Source of the DNA: Botryllus schlosseri
Taxonomy: Eukaryota
NCBI GenBank assembly: GCA_051294905.1
Contig: CM119372.1
Location: forward strand, 8,310,001-8,374,000
Direction: 5' to 3'
DNA: 64,000 nt
Shown here one piece after another: positions 40,101-55,100 of this stretch. The position numbers were made by a program, and so were the translations under genes. The notes under the pieces are model-generated. The model saw nothing but the letters and a program-made list of their open reading frames with translations. It searched no databases and had not been told where the DNA came from. Every line of letters begins with the position of its first letter. Positions within the stretch are counted from its first letter, which is position 1.

Positions 40101-43100
40101 AACACGGGACTAGGTGCGTCCTCACTAGATCAAGCTTTACGAGGAGATAGTCCGTCAGCTAGTAACGTGTCTCGCAAGCCCCAATATCGATTTCTTGGTC
40201 GCTAAAATGCGTTGTCAGGTATCGTGCGCAGCTCATAGTCCACTATTAAATGAAGTTTATAATCATGATTTTTGTTGTTGTATTTGCACATATTTAATAA
40301 AATATCGCTTCTTTTATGGTAACTATATGGTCAACGCCCACTGTGAGGCCTATTTTGTCTCGATATTGCATTCCTGCGGCCCGCGGCCTCAACGAAATTT
40401 GAAAAGTGGCCCGCGACCCGTTTTGAGTTGTCGATCCCTGGTATATAGGCCTATATCAGACTGGATGCGCTGTGAGACAGAAGCATTGCTAAGCTAGAAG
40501 ATACTGATGTCAAATTGAAAGTTGGATAACATGATATAGATTTGAAATAGTTAATCTACAAACCTCATCTTCGCCACCCGCGCAGTCTGCGACACCGTCG
40601 TCAACCCAGATAATCGGTATGCAATTCGGGCGCGCATCAGTATCAATCGGGGGACATTTAAATTCCGTTACTGGATCGCAGGAGCAATTTATTTCATCCG
40701 CTCCGTTCACACACTCCACAAAGCCGTTGCAAAATAAATCAGAATCCAAGCATTGACGATTCTGTATAACATAGAATAGTAACTGAAAATTCAAGTAGAA
40801 ATGACAAGATGTAGACCAGCTCACAGCAGTTGTGTTGTCTCCTGGTAATCGGCATTCTTTAAACATCGGCTCTTGACATCCTGAATATGATTGGTTTCCG
40901 TTTTCAAGACAGTATATAATTTTAGATGAAGAGAATCGTACTGCCGCATGCCTATATACATCAATTGGCGCACATGATACACAGATCCTCGCGTCGGTCA
41001 ACGTTAAAGTAATCTAGACTTCACAGCATCATCGGGCAGGAATGTATGTCGTATAACGCTTGTACATTTTTATGAAGGATATCAAAGAGTGTCAGTTGTC
41101 ACTTACCCGATAAGACTAGGTAGCGGTTTTCACTTCAAGCTTGAATTGCTGAGTCAGCATAATTTTTTTAAGTGTCGCGAATTTGGTTACAACCATTTTC
41201 GACCCAGGAACTACGGTTAAAATGTTGATGAAACGTTTAATTGGCGGCAAGCAAGTTCCTACCGTAATTACCACACCCCATAGTCATTCATACCGAGAAC
41301 TGGAGATACAAATTACCAAGAACTGTTATTTTGCGGATCAAACTCGAAAAGCATCTTTTTGCATGCCCCCAAGTGTCGATTGCTATGGTGTCGCTTGATG
41401 ATATCTCCTGGACAAACAAAAACGCGTAACAATGTTCTAGTGGTATCGCCATTTCGCCAATTCCATTTTAGAGAATTAAAATGAGATGATATCAATTACA
41501 GACGAATGTTTTAAGTCAGCGTTATAGTTATATAATTTATCACAAAGTTCTGGCTTCTAACCGCATAACTCCACAGACTCGTCGCTTCCGTCGTTACAGT
41601 CCGCGTTACGGCGATCACACGCAAAATTAAGACTGACACAATCGGAAAACAGATGATCCCATCGGTGGAAATGTTCGTCCCTTTCTAAAACGTCAGGAAT
41701 ATTTGTAACGAAGCCGATCTTAGTTTCTATCGCTGTCCTCACCGCCCGTGACGTTATATTGGTAGCAGTATAATTCGTCCTTCTTACAAGGCGTCGCGAA
41801 ACACGAAAAACCGTCTGCAGCCAGGACATAGCCATCTTGACATCCACAAGTGTACTGTTCTGTGTTGAAACGTTTTTTATTTTTTATTTTCCGAATACTT
41901 TCACACTAGTAACATGCTAACCAGGATGCGTTGTTGACGGGAAACAAAATTGTGCGCATGACGCTTGAGCTGCAGAATATGGCGAGCATGGATTGCTCGC
42001 GTTTCGAAAGGTGTGACTAGCGTCCACAAGGGTCATACCCCCTCGATTTTGCATGTTCACTTCTGTATTCCACGCTTCCAAGGGTATGTCGGCACGCTGA
42101 ACAGCACCGACTCTACTTTTTGTTTGGGTGATCAACCTTCCTGGAATAGGGTATTATAGACTATAGATTGACAAGATTGCAAGATTATATAGTACTGTAG
42201 TAATTTATTCCGAGTAAGATATGGTATGCCAAGGTATTGCTTTAGTCGATTGTTGGCCTAATTTATCGTATATTTAAAGGGGGAGGAGAATATGGTAAAT
42301 ATTTATGACATTGTCGTGCTTGGCCTGTGTGTATGAGAGACCGCAACTATATGGTCGTTACAACCTATCTGTTCATTACATCGCATTGTGTCTGATCGAA
42401 TTGTACATTGTGCGTGTCTTCTTTAGATGAAAATATAATCTGACGATTATTTTTATTATTGCATTGTGTATTTCCAACCTTTTTAATCGTAAGCGTACAT
42501 TATCTTTTCGTAATATAAATAACATTAATCGTATACTCTTAATCCGTCGATGGAAAGCCCCTCTCACAAGTTTATTTGGTGAAATATCAGTGAGTTATGA
42601 CAGTTGCCAGACGTAATCATAGTCAATTGTTATTACGAATTGTCACATAATTAAATCATGATGCTGGTTGATGATGTAGTGTAGAAAGTCAACCCGATTG
42701 CATTGTTGACATTATGAAAAGTTGCGCTGCTTCAATCCGATTGATCTTATCCAAGGGTTGCATCAGCGATTCAGCTATTGCTAAATCTCTGAGCAGAAAC
42801 TGGGGACTATTCGTTGTTATATGGGCTTATATAACTCCATAATTGCACAGGCTACATCTCCCATTTAAATAAATCCTTCCTGACAAGTTCGATGACACCA
42901 GAAAAAGCGGGGCTGTGGGATATGGTTCTTCTCGGCAATATTGTAAGAATCGTCAATGAGATGATCAGATCATGAGGATTTATCAGACTCACCTTTCGTT
43001 GGCTCGAAAACTGCGACCCTATTCGAAGTGACAGCTATAGTGGTTGCATCTTTAGTAAAAGCTACACTTACGAAGAACGAATTTGAATTCAACTCCACAG

Positions 43101-46100
43101 TCTCGATGTAATCTGTACAAATAAAGTAACGTTGCTAATTACAGGCCAAGAAATCACTTTGTTGGGGAATGCATAGTTCTATAGTGTCTACACTTAAACT
43201 ATAAAATTTGGTCCGTGGATATTAGGGGTGTTAAAAATGACTTTTTTCTCAAATTGTACTGGCTACTTGATAAAATTATTAGATTACCTAATTTAAGCCT
43301 ACACACCAAATTTGGTTCAATTCCAGCCAGTTGCCGCATTGCTACAGCAGAAGAAAGTTTCTATATATTATATAAAAACAAATAAATTAAAAATTTTCTG
43401 TTCACCCCATGTAACTGTTAGGTTGTGTACAGAAACGATATTCACCAAATTTGGCTTCATTCCAACCAGCGGAAGCGGTGTTATTGCCGTCGAAAAATTT
43501 GGATTTGAATAAAATAGTATTTACGGTGGGCACACTTACAATAAATAATTAAAGAGTTGGTCACCGTAAATACTATTTTGTTGATAATCCAACTTTTTGT
43601 ACGGCAATAACTCCGCTACTACTGGTTGGAATTGAACCAAATTTGGTGAACATCGTTTCTGTAGACAACCTAACACTTTCATGGGGTGAACAGAAAATTT
43701 TTAATTTTTTTTTTTAATTTATTTTTATATAATAAATAGAAACTTTCTTCTCCTGTAGCAATGCGGTTACTGGCTGGAATTGAACAAAATTTGGTGTGTA
43801 GGCTTAGATTAGGTAACCTAACAATTTTATCAAATAGCCAGTACAATTTGAGAAAAAAGTCATTTTTGAACACCCCTAGTAGACAATACACATATGAGAA
43901 ATATACTATATAGTGAGGCAGGGGTAATGTTCCTATCATATGAATTGACCGGGATAAGGCGTTGTTACTGATAGCAAACCGTTGGTGTTGTTGTTTATTA
44001 GTCCGAAAACATAAATGGTGCTTATCGCCTGTTGGTCTTTAGCCCAACTGTTTATGAAGTAGCTTACAAAAGACAGAAATATAAAGAAAACTAATATCTT
44101 CTTTCATACGATTTCTACGTATATACAGCAGGTGTGCAAACCAACTTCGAAACGAAACCTACATCACATAGGCGCCGAGCTGACTTTTATTTTTTACGAG
44201 GTTGCGAAGTCTTGTGACGTCATATTTGTTCCATATCGATGACGTCATCGTCGCACGAAAACGCACTTTACTGCAGGCCGCTGGTGTACGTGCAGAGTTA
44301 CACCATTTGCGTGACGTTTTAATATCGGCCTTGCACTCATTAATATCATACCATGCAGTCGAGTTATTAAATGGAATCTTAAAACGGTTAGATCATTTGA
44401 AGTGTAACTGCGGCCTGCGCTACCAGTCCGTCCGACGGAATCCGCAGTTGCATCAATGTTATTCACGCGCAACGCCCAGTGTTACTAACGACACTACGCA
44501 CTGGCCTTGCAAGTAACGCACGTCAACTCTCGAATACTTCAAGCAGACAATAATGATGATTAAAAACGCGAAATCGCGCAGCCAATCAGTAATTGCCTCA
44601 TGCGGCTTCTTGCTTCTCGTTGACCAACTGGCATCGCGGCAATTGTTTGATGATTAAAACATTGGTGCATTTACCGATTTAAGTTCGCGAAGCATTTCGG
44701 GAGTACATCGGTCAATTCGTAAATTCAATCGGCATGTCGACGGCCGCCAACGCATACTAATTGAATTACGTGTTGACGGCCGCACTAATTTCGTTCTACG
44801 GCCGCGGGTTGGCCACCCCTAGGCTAGAATTAATTCCACTTCCGGACGCATGCCGCGATCTTACCAATATAAATCCACTGCCTATCTAATGCCTTATAGT
44901 TTAATATTCGATAGTGTTGTTCTCGATACGAGTAGTGTACATCCAGCAATCAAGTTTATCGGAATGTAGAAGGTTCCCTGTTCAAACGAATCGAATAAAA
45001 TCAGAATTTGTGCCACCCATAATCTTGTGATGCATCACGATAATAATGAAAGGAAGACTGAAAAATGACTTTGTGCGACAATTTCGGAGTACGAATGTAT
45101 CAAGTAGATAACAAGAAATATGGATGATGGCAAATGAGAAAGCGTGTAATCTAATCAGTATCGCCACGAATCGGTTTTGAGTGTGACACCGTATTGACTA
45201 GCTTCCGTCGCGACAATTGTTTTCTCATTATATCGGTGTTTTCTCATTATATCGGTGTTTAAGCTGTATTGCTGCATTTCCCAATTAATGTCATTGGCAA
45301 AGCCTTGTTAGAGAAACGAATCTGCGCAGAAATGAAATCCAATTTGCAGGCACACACCAACACACCCTCCAATTTCGCGCTCCGATTACCTATCTCGAAG
45401 CTAGCTAGCTCATGAATGGTTTCGTAAACGAATATGGGTGCACATAATTTAGATTTCAGAAAAGCAGAACGTATATTTGGGCGCCTGGTCGGCAGAGGAG
45501 ATCTAGGATGGTGCTTCTCAGCACACGCTAGGCGCGTAGCCAGTCGGAAAATTAGGGGGATTTGTATTTTTTTTCCAAATTTACCAATATAGCATCAATT
45601 CAATTAGGGTCAAGTGCATGTGTAAATGGCGATCATATAATCCCTTCGTATCGACGATTTTAGGCGTATGATAAGCTTGCCAAAAAGAGTCCGGGAATGC
45701 TGTCAATTAGCGAGTCACTGATCTCTGGTGAACAATTAAATACGCGCGCGTATTACGCAGTCTCGGCTACAGTTTTCGCAAATCAAAATGTCCGAACTTG
45801 ATTGCACCGATTTCAAACCTTTGTCGTATTTCAGAACTCGAGACATGACACACATCTTCTGGTCGTTACGTTCAAGTATTAGCGGGAATCAATTTCGCAC
45901 GTTAAAGTCTGTTTGCAGCGATTTGATGTTATTCAGTTTCGCGATGTCGCTTTTCAATCAATACGACAAAAAACAATCACTAATTAGCGTAAACTCGACC
46001 GCATTGTCTCGAAACCAGCGAGAGATAGGAGCCAAAGCATGCTAGGCCCGAGAAGCGATAGTTAGGCCATAGTCCAACAACGATATCTTTCACTTCAGGC

Positions 46101-49100
46101 CTATTGCAGATGCTATTGTGTACACTGAGGCATTAGGCAAGCGATGATATCGTGCACACCAGGCCAAAGCCGCCAATGCAGATTCGATTGCGCAGTTAAG
46201 CGATGATAAAGTGTGAACTGGGCCTATTGCAGATGCGATTGCTGAAGCCTGCGGAACCAGGCTTGATCGAGACGCGATAAATCAGGCTAGCGACGATTGC
46301 CATGCGCACGGGAATGAATGACCTAATTTCGCGACCATCTCAGAGGGGGATCATCACAGATTCTTCTCGCTAATTGACCACACGTTTCTCGCAAATCCGC
46401 CGCGCGGAACACTGATTACACAATAATTGAATTGCAACTGAATATTAGAGTTAGAATGATCATTTCAAAATGACGGGGTTTCGCGTTTCAAATAAGGAAG
46501 TTCGACCCCCGATACCCCCGTGGCTACGCGCCTGACAGACGCGCGTATCGAAATCGAAGACGTCTCTAATGAGGTCGCATCGATTCGCCTTATTACTAAT
46601 TACTGGTCACAAATAACTTGGGCGTTTCAGCATTTTGTACGAGGTAACCTCGTAAGTCGGCGCCTATGCTACATCATTATGCCATGAATGACTATGGACA
46701 AGTGCGATAGTTAAAACAGTGGTTGCCAAGATATCTCGAGGAGAAAATTATTAAAATCATGTTATGGTGCTTATCATAACAAAGATCTTTTGCACCACTA
46801 CACAAGCAGGCTAATTAGCTTCATCAACAACACATAGTAATTGATCATTTTTGTAACGGACTATATGATATTCACAATATTTGGATCTGATATGTCAATT
46901 TGAAATGCCAAGGCTTTCAATGGGACTTGATAGGAAATCCAATTTCAACTTGATACGATTCATTGGTCAATTTATAACGTGCAAAACGCAGAAATTAGAT
47001 TTAGCTATTGCACATCACCTCTTCCAGTGTATGTCTTTGCTATGTACACCACTCTATCACTATACGGGTCGTAGACCATGTGACTGAGAGTTTGAGTAGC
47101 CGCGACACTTCGCAACATACGAAGGTCTGTGCCATCCGCATTCATCGAGTAAAGACTGGCTGATGGTGTGATTATGGTGAAGTGCAACCTGATTTGAAGT
47201 TGAAGAATGGTGATTAGAACGTGATATACGTATTTAAGTATACTCCTGCATTTACTTGTGTCGGTGATGATCGAACGCTAGTCCCAACGGACAATCGACA
47301 TCTTTCATGAAAATTGTAGATTGAATTGTAGAAGAGCGTCCTTCTGCATCTTGAAATGTTTTTGCTGCTATAACAGTACAGTTTGATATCCAATAGAGCG
47401 TACCGGTTGTCGGATCAATCGTGATGTATCTTGTTGGCTCGATATTTTCGATGAAGGTCACACTGAATGAAAGATCAGCGATTCAATAATGATATGATAG
47501 ATTCTAAGTTCAACCGCAACAATTACCAAACGCAAATGATGCTCGACGATGTTAACAAGTTTTCCGTTGAAAAGCCATGTAGGCCTACTATAAAAACGGC
47601 GTTGGAGCGAACAGAGGTTGAAGCTCTTTCGATATGAACTTGAAAGATTACGTCACTATGTAGGCCTATACATCAAGGACAAAAATAAAGTACGTCCTTT
47701 CCTTATACATTTTATGGAGACGAAATCATTGTGACTTCACGTTGGGCCGCGAGTGTTAACGAGAATTGAGTGTTTTAACCCGCCATTAGAAAATATATGT
47801 TATTTCGTGCATGCCTGATTGTCTGTAGCCGTGTTCCCGTCAATTCATACAAGCAGTTCGATATTGTGACTGAAAATTGTTTTCAAATCTCCGAAAAAAA
47901 CATCATTTTGATTAAAGTACTCGTGTTAACAATTATAGTGAAGCAGCCATAGAGATGATAAATTGAGGAATTATCATTTTACAATTTTTTCACCGCCCCT
48001 TGAAAAGGGGCATTGGCAGGTTGGGAATCTTTGACATAAAACGATTGGTTATCAGAATGAATGACGAGAGGGTCGATAGGATACGTTGATATGTCATAGT
48101 ACATAATTATGTCACTAAATGGTTTCCAGTAAGGCAATGAAACGCACGTTCTGCTTTAAAAGAGTATCAGTATAACATCTTTTAACTTTATATCTAGACG
48201 ACTATGCAAAAGAATACGAACTTTTCGCATACCAAAAACAAACTCCTCACGGACTGACCACGGGTTACCGATCACTGTGTCATGTGTTATTGCGACCATC
48301 GCGCTTTATAATGGTCATGAGCATTGATCATGTATTCAGGTCCCTCGACTTAAAAAAAGCTTTTGTAACAATATATAGACAATATAGAAAGAATATAGAT
48401 GAATGGTCGGTCCGGCACCTGAACGCAATTTGAAAACTGCCGGTATACAGAACCAAAAAGATTACCTTTTCGGATTCGGAGCATCATACTTGATATATCG
48501 GATTGATCTTTTCTCTCTGTCCACGAAATATATTCTTTCTTTATTTGCGTCGTACACTATCGCGTACGCTGACGCAGTACCATCTACGAAACACGGGTGG
48601 CTGGGATTCGGCGTGAAACCCGTTTTAAAGGCGAGACTTACCTTCAATACGAACGCGTGATTGCGAGCCATACCCATGCACTGTCCTCAAATATCCGTCG
48701 TCGATGATGATAAATTGGTACTTGCCGTGGACTAGAAACGAATGGGCACGACATACAAGTTGCTGTTGGGTGTTTGAAGTCTATTTGTAATGTGACATAA
48801 CAACCAGAGGCAGTCAAAGTAGTCATTGTCAAAACTCAAGTAAAAGTAGAAGTAACGCCGTGATTTTCTTCTCTATTAGAAATAGTGATTTACAAGGAAT
48901 TAAAAAGTAACTATTCCCGGCCCAGTTTTGCCTAAGAAACTGAGCACTGTCAAGTAGAAGTAATTTAAAATCGTCACCACTTGAGGAATTAGAGCAAGTA
49001 GTCAGAATCTACTTGAAGTACTTCGAAAGGTAGAAGTACTTCGTTACTGACCACGTCTGATGACAAGATGAAGCTATTCAGACTCTTTACTCACATCGAC

Positions 49101-52100
49101 ACGAATATTACATATAGATTATAACCTATACCAATGGCATGCAGCCGTAGCCATATATAATATTATCACCTTAATCCTGATTGACCCAATCAACACTTGA
49201 AATTGAGGCATTTTCATTAGCATAGACAGGGCGGAAATTTGAGAGGGATGAGTCAAAGTTTGGGGTGATGGAACGGCGCACCTACATTGTGACGTAGTCA
49301 AAACATTATATCACAAACCCTGGCCGAATAGTTGAGGAGTGGGTACCCCGTCCCCTATGACTGCGTTATCGAGTATATTGTACTCATATGCCAAAAAAAT
49401 AGTTTCCGAACGTAAATTAACGGTGTCAGCCCATTTTCATGCTGTATTAAATACCTTTGCACGAAGAAGTGAGACTAAAAAGGTATTTTGTATCAGGGCA
49501 AACGCACTGCGGTAGCATAGTTTCGCTCTTTGTCAGCGATTTGACGTCAGGATTGGTCATGACACAAGCGTGATCGCAATTCAGTGTATTACAGATAGTA
49601 CCTGAAAGAAGAATATCAGTAATTGAATGTATCAGTCTAACAAGCAGGAAAATACACTCACTATATTGTGGGGGTATTCGCTGCAGCATCGGGTGACTTA
49701 TCACCAAGGATTTAGCCTCGTGAGAGCTCGCGTTTGAACGAGCTAGTTTCGCCAACACCACCGCATTTTTTCCGTCCCAAGCTTCCGCGGATATGATCTC
49801 GTCCCGGAGAACATCATACCAACGGATTCGGTTTTCAAAGTAGGCTATGGATGATGAGCTTCGGTAGTAAGGGTGAGATCTTGATAAAACTACCTTAATA
49901 TAAAAATATATGGATTGTTTGAATTATTGTCCCGTCGTGAATGGACTAGATGTATGGATCTGGAGGTCGTCCGACATTTGAGCTTGTTACACAATGAAAA
50001 ACGACATAGTTCAAAATCAGACAGTTAAGCATGCGGCTTTATCATCATCCAGGGCTGGGTTGAAATCGAATAGCTGAGCAATTCCAATCGAGTATCCCTC
50101 ATTATGACGTGATGACAGTTGGAATAAAGTTCAAATAATGTATACCTTTTAGTGACCACAGCGAGATTACACACATCATTGAAGATAATTCGAAATTTTT
50201 TCGGCCCGTTACCTATTTCATTTCGTTTTGTGGGAAAGTTGCAGATTCATCACTACTTCCCAGAAATCTCGCTTCCACTAGTAGGTTGCTTTGTGGTACA
50301 TTTGCTTGATGCTGTGTTACAACCGACCTCTAGATTTCAAAACTTCCATGAGGGAAAGAAAGTATCGAAACTAAAAGTCTCGTTATCATTCTTATTGGTA
50401 ATGGCCGCAAAGTTTCATTATAGAATGTAAACGTTTACATTCTATAGTTTCATTATCCATAAAAACAGTCTCTCAGTTTCGACTCCTTCCCATTCCCACC
50501 TTCTCATTCGCGAGAGTTGCGAGAGTTATGGACCGAACTTCGAAGTCTTGCTCTCTGTTGGCCCAATGCCCTGTTGGTAGTTGTGACCAGTACAGTGTGT
50601 CAGTTGTAGTGTCGTAAGTTAGCGCGTTGGGCCACATCAGATGCAATTTCAAATTCTTTAAATCGGACCCGTCGGCGGCGACGGCGAATATGCGACCCAA
50701 TACATCGTACTCACAGGCGATCACAATCCTGAAAAGACAGAATGTAATCGCATATCATTTACAGCACACCTAACCGTAACTTCTAGTCTGGTCACATAAG
50801 CTAGCTTGAAAACAGTGGTGGCCTTACGAACGGGGGGCCCTGGGCGAGACTTACCGGGGGGACCCTATAAGTATCTAACCGTAACTTCTAGGGGGGATCC
50901 GCCCCCCAGGCCCCCCTTTCCCGCGGTAAGGTTTAACCAGGTGCTGGATTCGGCTATGTATATTATTGCATGTGTCAAAGGATAGACTACATCAAGACTA
51001 AGTAATTCTACCGCATGTAGAGGCGTGTTGATTATCGGGGGACGGAACTTTTCTAACAAATGCAGAGATTTGATGATGATTGACACATCCGTACGGAATC
51101 ATATTCTTGCTTGGTACACGGATTTCCATGTTTATTCGTTATTATCCTAAAAAAAGCGCATAATCCGAATAGGGGGGCCCCTTCGACCAGGGGGGGGCGG
51201 GCGACCGCCCGCCCACCTCGCCCACCCCAAAAGCCACCACTGCTTGAAAACGTCAATCGATTGCGCGGAGCGGAGTAGAAATATAAAGTTTCTAAATCAT
51301 AATAACTTAATGAGCTGAAATATATTAAAATATACAATATCAGGTCATGGTGCATGAAATCCTCTACAAAACTCGGCAGGTGTCGAGTAAGGATTAGATG
51401 TAAGATTGAGGGAGAGGGGGATTGACAGATAATGGTTCTTTGAAAAATATTGATTCAAGTCATACGAAATAGTCTTTCTTACCCAATATCTGAAATAGCA
51501 ATAATATCTAACACGTTTCCAAGGTTGTCGGCTATACCATGAATTGCCTCGCTTGACGCCGCATTGTCGGAGGAGTCTAAAAAGGATTTTCGTGAACGTC
51601 TGAATCTCAAAAGCAGCAGCAAACTATGTAACAACTTGTTATTGGCACGAGACCGATCCTTCCACAGGTGCTACAACCGCTCTTGTCAGTCTCTTTTGGT
51701 TTTCCTGTCGCGGTAAAGTACACGTTCCTGCCGATCCAGTCGATTGATATTCTTTGTAATACTGTAAGTATGAGGTATACATGGAATCCTTGATCTTGAC
51801 ACATGAATACTTTCATGTCCTTACCAAGAGAACTGTTGGATTCTACCAGCGTCATAACCTTCCCGCTTTCTGATTTTGACTTGATCATAGTCGTCTTATT
51901 CGTTGATTCCAACCAAAACACTGTTTCCGTCTCATATAGGTAATCAACATCAGTCGCTATTGAATCGGGCGTGATGTTCTACATGAAGTGAGTCAAAATT
52001 AGCGTGAACGTTTTGGTAGTGCATAACACCGTCACTGCGACCGTACGAAAAAAATTCTTCGCTCAAGATAAAGAGGGAATATAGTTTCACGAGAGACGAG

Positions 52101-55100
52101 ACCATGTTTATGACAAGCGGTGGATAAAAGAAACGTTTTCTTGCATCATGGGTAGCCTATGTGAAAGGGAGTCGTTGAGTTTGACAATATTTAGGACATC
52201 TCATCGGACCAACAAGGACGGGCTGGGAAAGGCAAATAACGCTCAACACATTCTTACCACATTCGTTATTGCATCGTAGTGTAGGTACGGTTTGGTGTCG
52301 TGAGCTCCTTCTACAAGAGGCAACAACATCATTCGACGTACTTGGTCATGAGTTCCGAAAAATAGATATGTAGAATTGTGCCCTGAAATAAATGCATTCT
52401 GTCGCCTGTCAATATTCTCCGCTTCAAATTAGGCTATATGCAATGCGATAATACAGTGATCGCAATGACATATAATTCTTATAACATAGATAGATCCAGT
52501 GGCAGGGCTGGGCATAATCGAGTACCTGAGTGATTCGATTCTGAATCACGTATTACGCTTCGAGTTAAGTCGAGTATTCGAGTATCACTCATTATGACGT
52601 CACACCAGAATGTAGTATGTCAAAGTTCAAATAGGTACCTTTTATGCCACCACAACGGGCATAATGACTCTTGTCCGTCACATTAAAGATACTTTGGTAT
52701 TGATTCGATCATACTGATTTCATTGCCCTTCTTGACAATGTTGTGGGATGATGGTAACTTCGGAAACGTGTTATTCCCAGTAACGTTCGTAGCTAGACAC
52801 CATAGTGTCCTACATGGTGTCGACACAAGCAACTCTCACGGCTCAGTGAAATTGTATTACGTCACAACAATGCTTTCTCGCTCTCTTTCTCTTGAGCTAC
52901 TCTCTCGTTTCGCCAGACAGCATTGTTGCGTCCCAATGCCAATCTCCATAACAATGAAAAATTCGAGGCTGATTGTGGGAGTTCCAGGGCCACGAGCGGA
53001 ATAAAATTTATATTTTCGTAATCAGTGCAGAGTCAGCTTTCGATTGATACCCGTTTTACCAAATTTAATGCTCGGCAAGCCGGTCAAAAATGACCGTCAA
53101 ATTGCCTGTAGCCAAATGGAAATTGTGACGTGATACAATTTCACTGAGCCGTGAGATTTGCTTGTGTCGACACCATATAGGACACTATGGTCTCACTATA
53201 GATAACTAACCTACGGATAGATACGCAACACCCGTCGTCACGCTTGCTTGCCCGGAGGAAATTACCGCTCAGCAATCTGAACGCAGCATAATTGCTAATC
53301 CCATACCTGACGACCTGAGCGCTTAAATTAATTGAAGTTGATCTTATTTGAAAGTTACTGTCGCGTTGATTCTGAAAATATACATTTAAATGGAATGGAA
53401 CCAGCTCGAAATAGCCTTCAAAGTCTGAAAATCGGCATTGTTGCTATTGCTAACAAGGGCAGCGACGTAGCACAATGATCATAACAATGGCCCTCGCATG
53501 GCTGCGATTGTTTACAACAATGAAGATTTTCAGAGGTTGAAGTGTATTTTGAGTGGGTTCCGCTGCCCTGATCAGATTTTAATGTATATTTTCGGAATCA
53601 GTACGACAGTAGCTTTCAAATAAGATCAACTTTATTTAATTTAAGCGCTCAGGTCGTCAGCTATGGGATTAGCAATTATGCTGCATTCAGAGGGCTGAGC
53701 AGTAACTGCCTCCGGGCAAGCAAGCGTGACGACGGGTGTTGCGTATCTAACCGTAGGTTAGTTTTCTATAGTCTCACATGCTGTGACACGGCCAATCAAG
53801 GTCTCAATGCTTCCTCAGTGGAAAATAGTATCAAAACCCCAATTCTCGTTAGTAAATTAACTTTCAGGAGCGTATAATTTCAGTATTGTATTTGTACCTT
53901 AGCCGCCTCTATAACAATTTCCCAGGATCTATAAAATCTGGCAATCATATGGCTTTACATCGAATCGTCTAACATAACAATCCGGATAAAATTTATACTT
54001 AAAAAATGTCCTTACCGTAAGGTTTACAACGTTGTTTATCCGAAGTCAACCCATACCCAGCGACGCATTGACATTGGTAACTTCCCACAGTGTTCACACA
54101 TATCTGCTGGCACTGATTCGAAGGGAGCGAGCATTCGTCCATATCATCGCATGTTTCATTGTCCCCACTTAATCTAACAAGATGAGTTTAAATCATTGCC
54201 TAATAAGGTTACACCAATGCCTCTATTTATTTAAGATAAACGTTTGATAATATGCGGTTCGTGTTTGATACATTGCATGGCCCGTGGCCGCGAAAATTGG
54301 TGAAAGAATGCACGAATGATCAATGTAGACGCTCTTCATTTCTTAGTAATCCTACCGGTATCCTTCGTTGCATGAGCAGACCGGTCCGCTTGGGGTTTCC
54401 TTGCATTTTTGTCCGCAAGTGTTTTCAGTTCTTAATGAGAAACATCAATTGTTATTGTTACATACGTCATCTAGACCCGTGGTTCTCAACCGCCGGTCCG
54501 CGGACCGGTGCCGGTCCGCGACGACATTCCTGCCGGTCCGCGAGGAATATTACAATTTTATACATTAATTTCAAGATGCAATGTTGAAGGCTTGTCCTTT
54601 GATAAAATAAATAAAACATCTAATTTTAAACTGATTCAAAATTTTGTGAGGTAACGTTAGGGCTAGAAACATGTTCGATTTGACTTAAAGTACAAGACGT
54701 TTCATTTGACGACATGCGAGCGACAAATACAGAACAGATACGAGCTCACTCATCGCTAAGCAGCGCAGTTTGATCATTGGTTTTCGATTCATTTATTTTG
54801 TGCAGGACCGTAACTGCCGCGCGGCACCCCAAACGGCCCAATTGGAGAGGGCCGAGCTTGAAAAGGGCCCAAAATTATTTCGCAAATGAATATAAATCAT
54901 AGCGTTTTATTTGAAAGTTTTTCCAACATTTTTCAATTTCTTTTCGGGCTTTGCACGATTTAGTGTCCCTAAATGTCTTGCTTATTAGGTGCCCTTCTCC
55001 GATAAATACGCATGATTTATAGGCATTTCGGCGTCAGTCATTGCCGCACCACGACGTATCTACACATAATGAAGTTTAGGTTAACATATGGGACTCCGAA

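Noticed and set aside
41315..41408. AG/GT-bounded segment GDIIKRHH...NNSSW as a receptor exon
   Set aside because: Its 91-nt length would shift the frame, and the flanking exons join correctly without it.
44865..44978. Candidate propeller exon with good splice signals
   Set aside because: It has an in-frame stop in the required phase, and 47019 joins 43112 directly.
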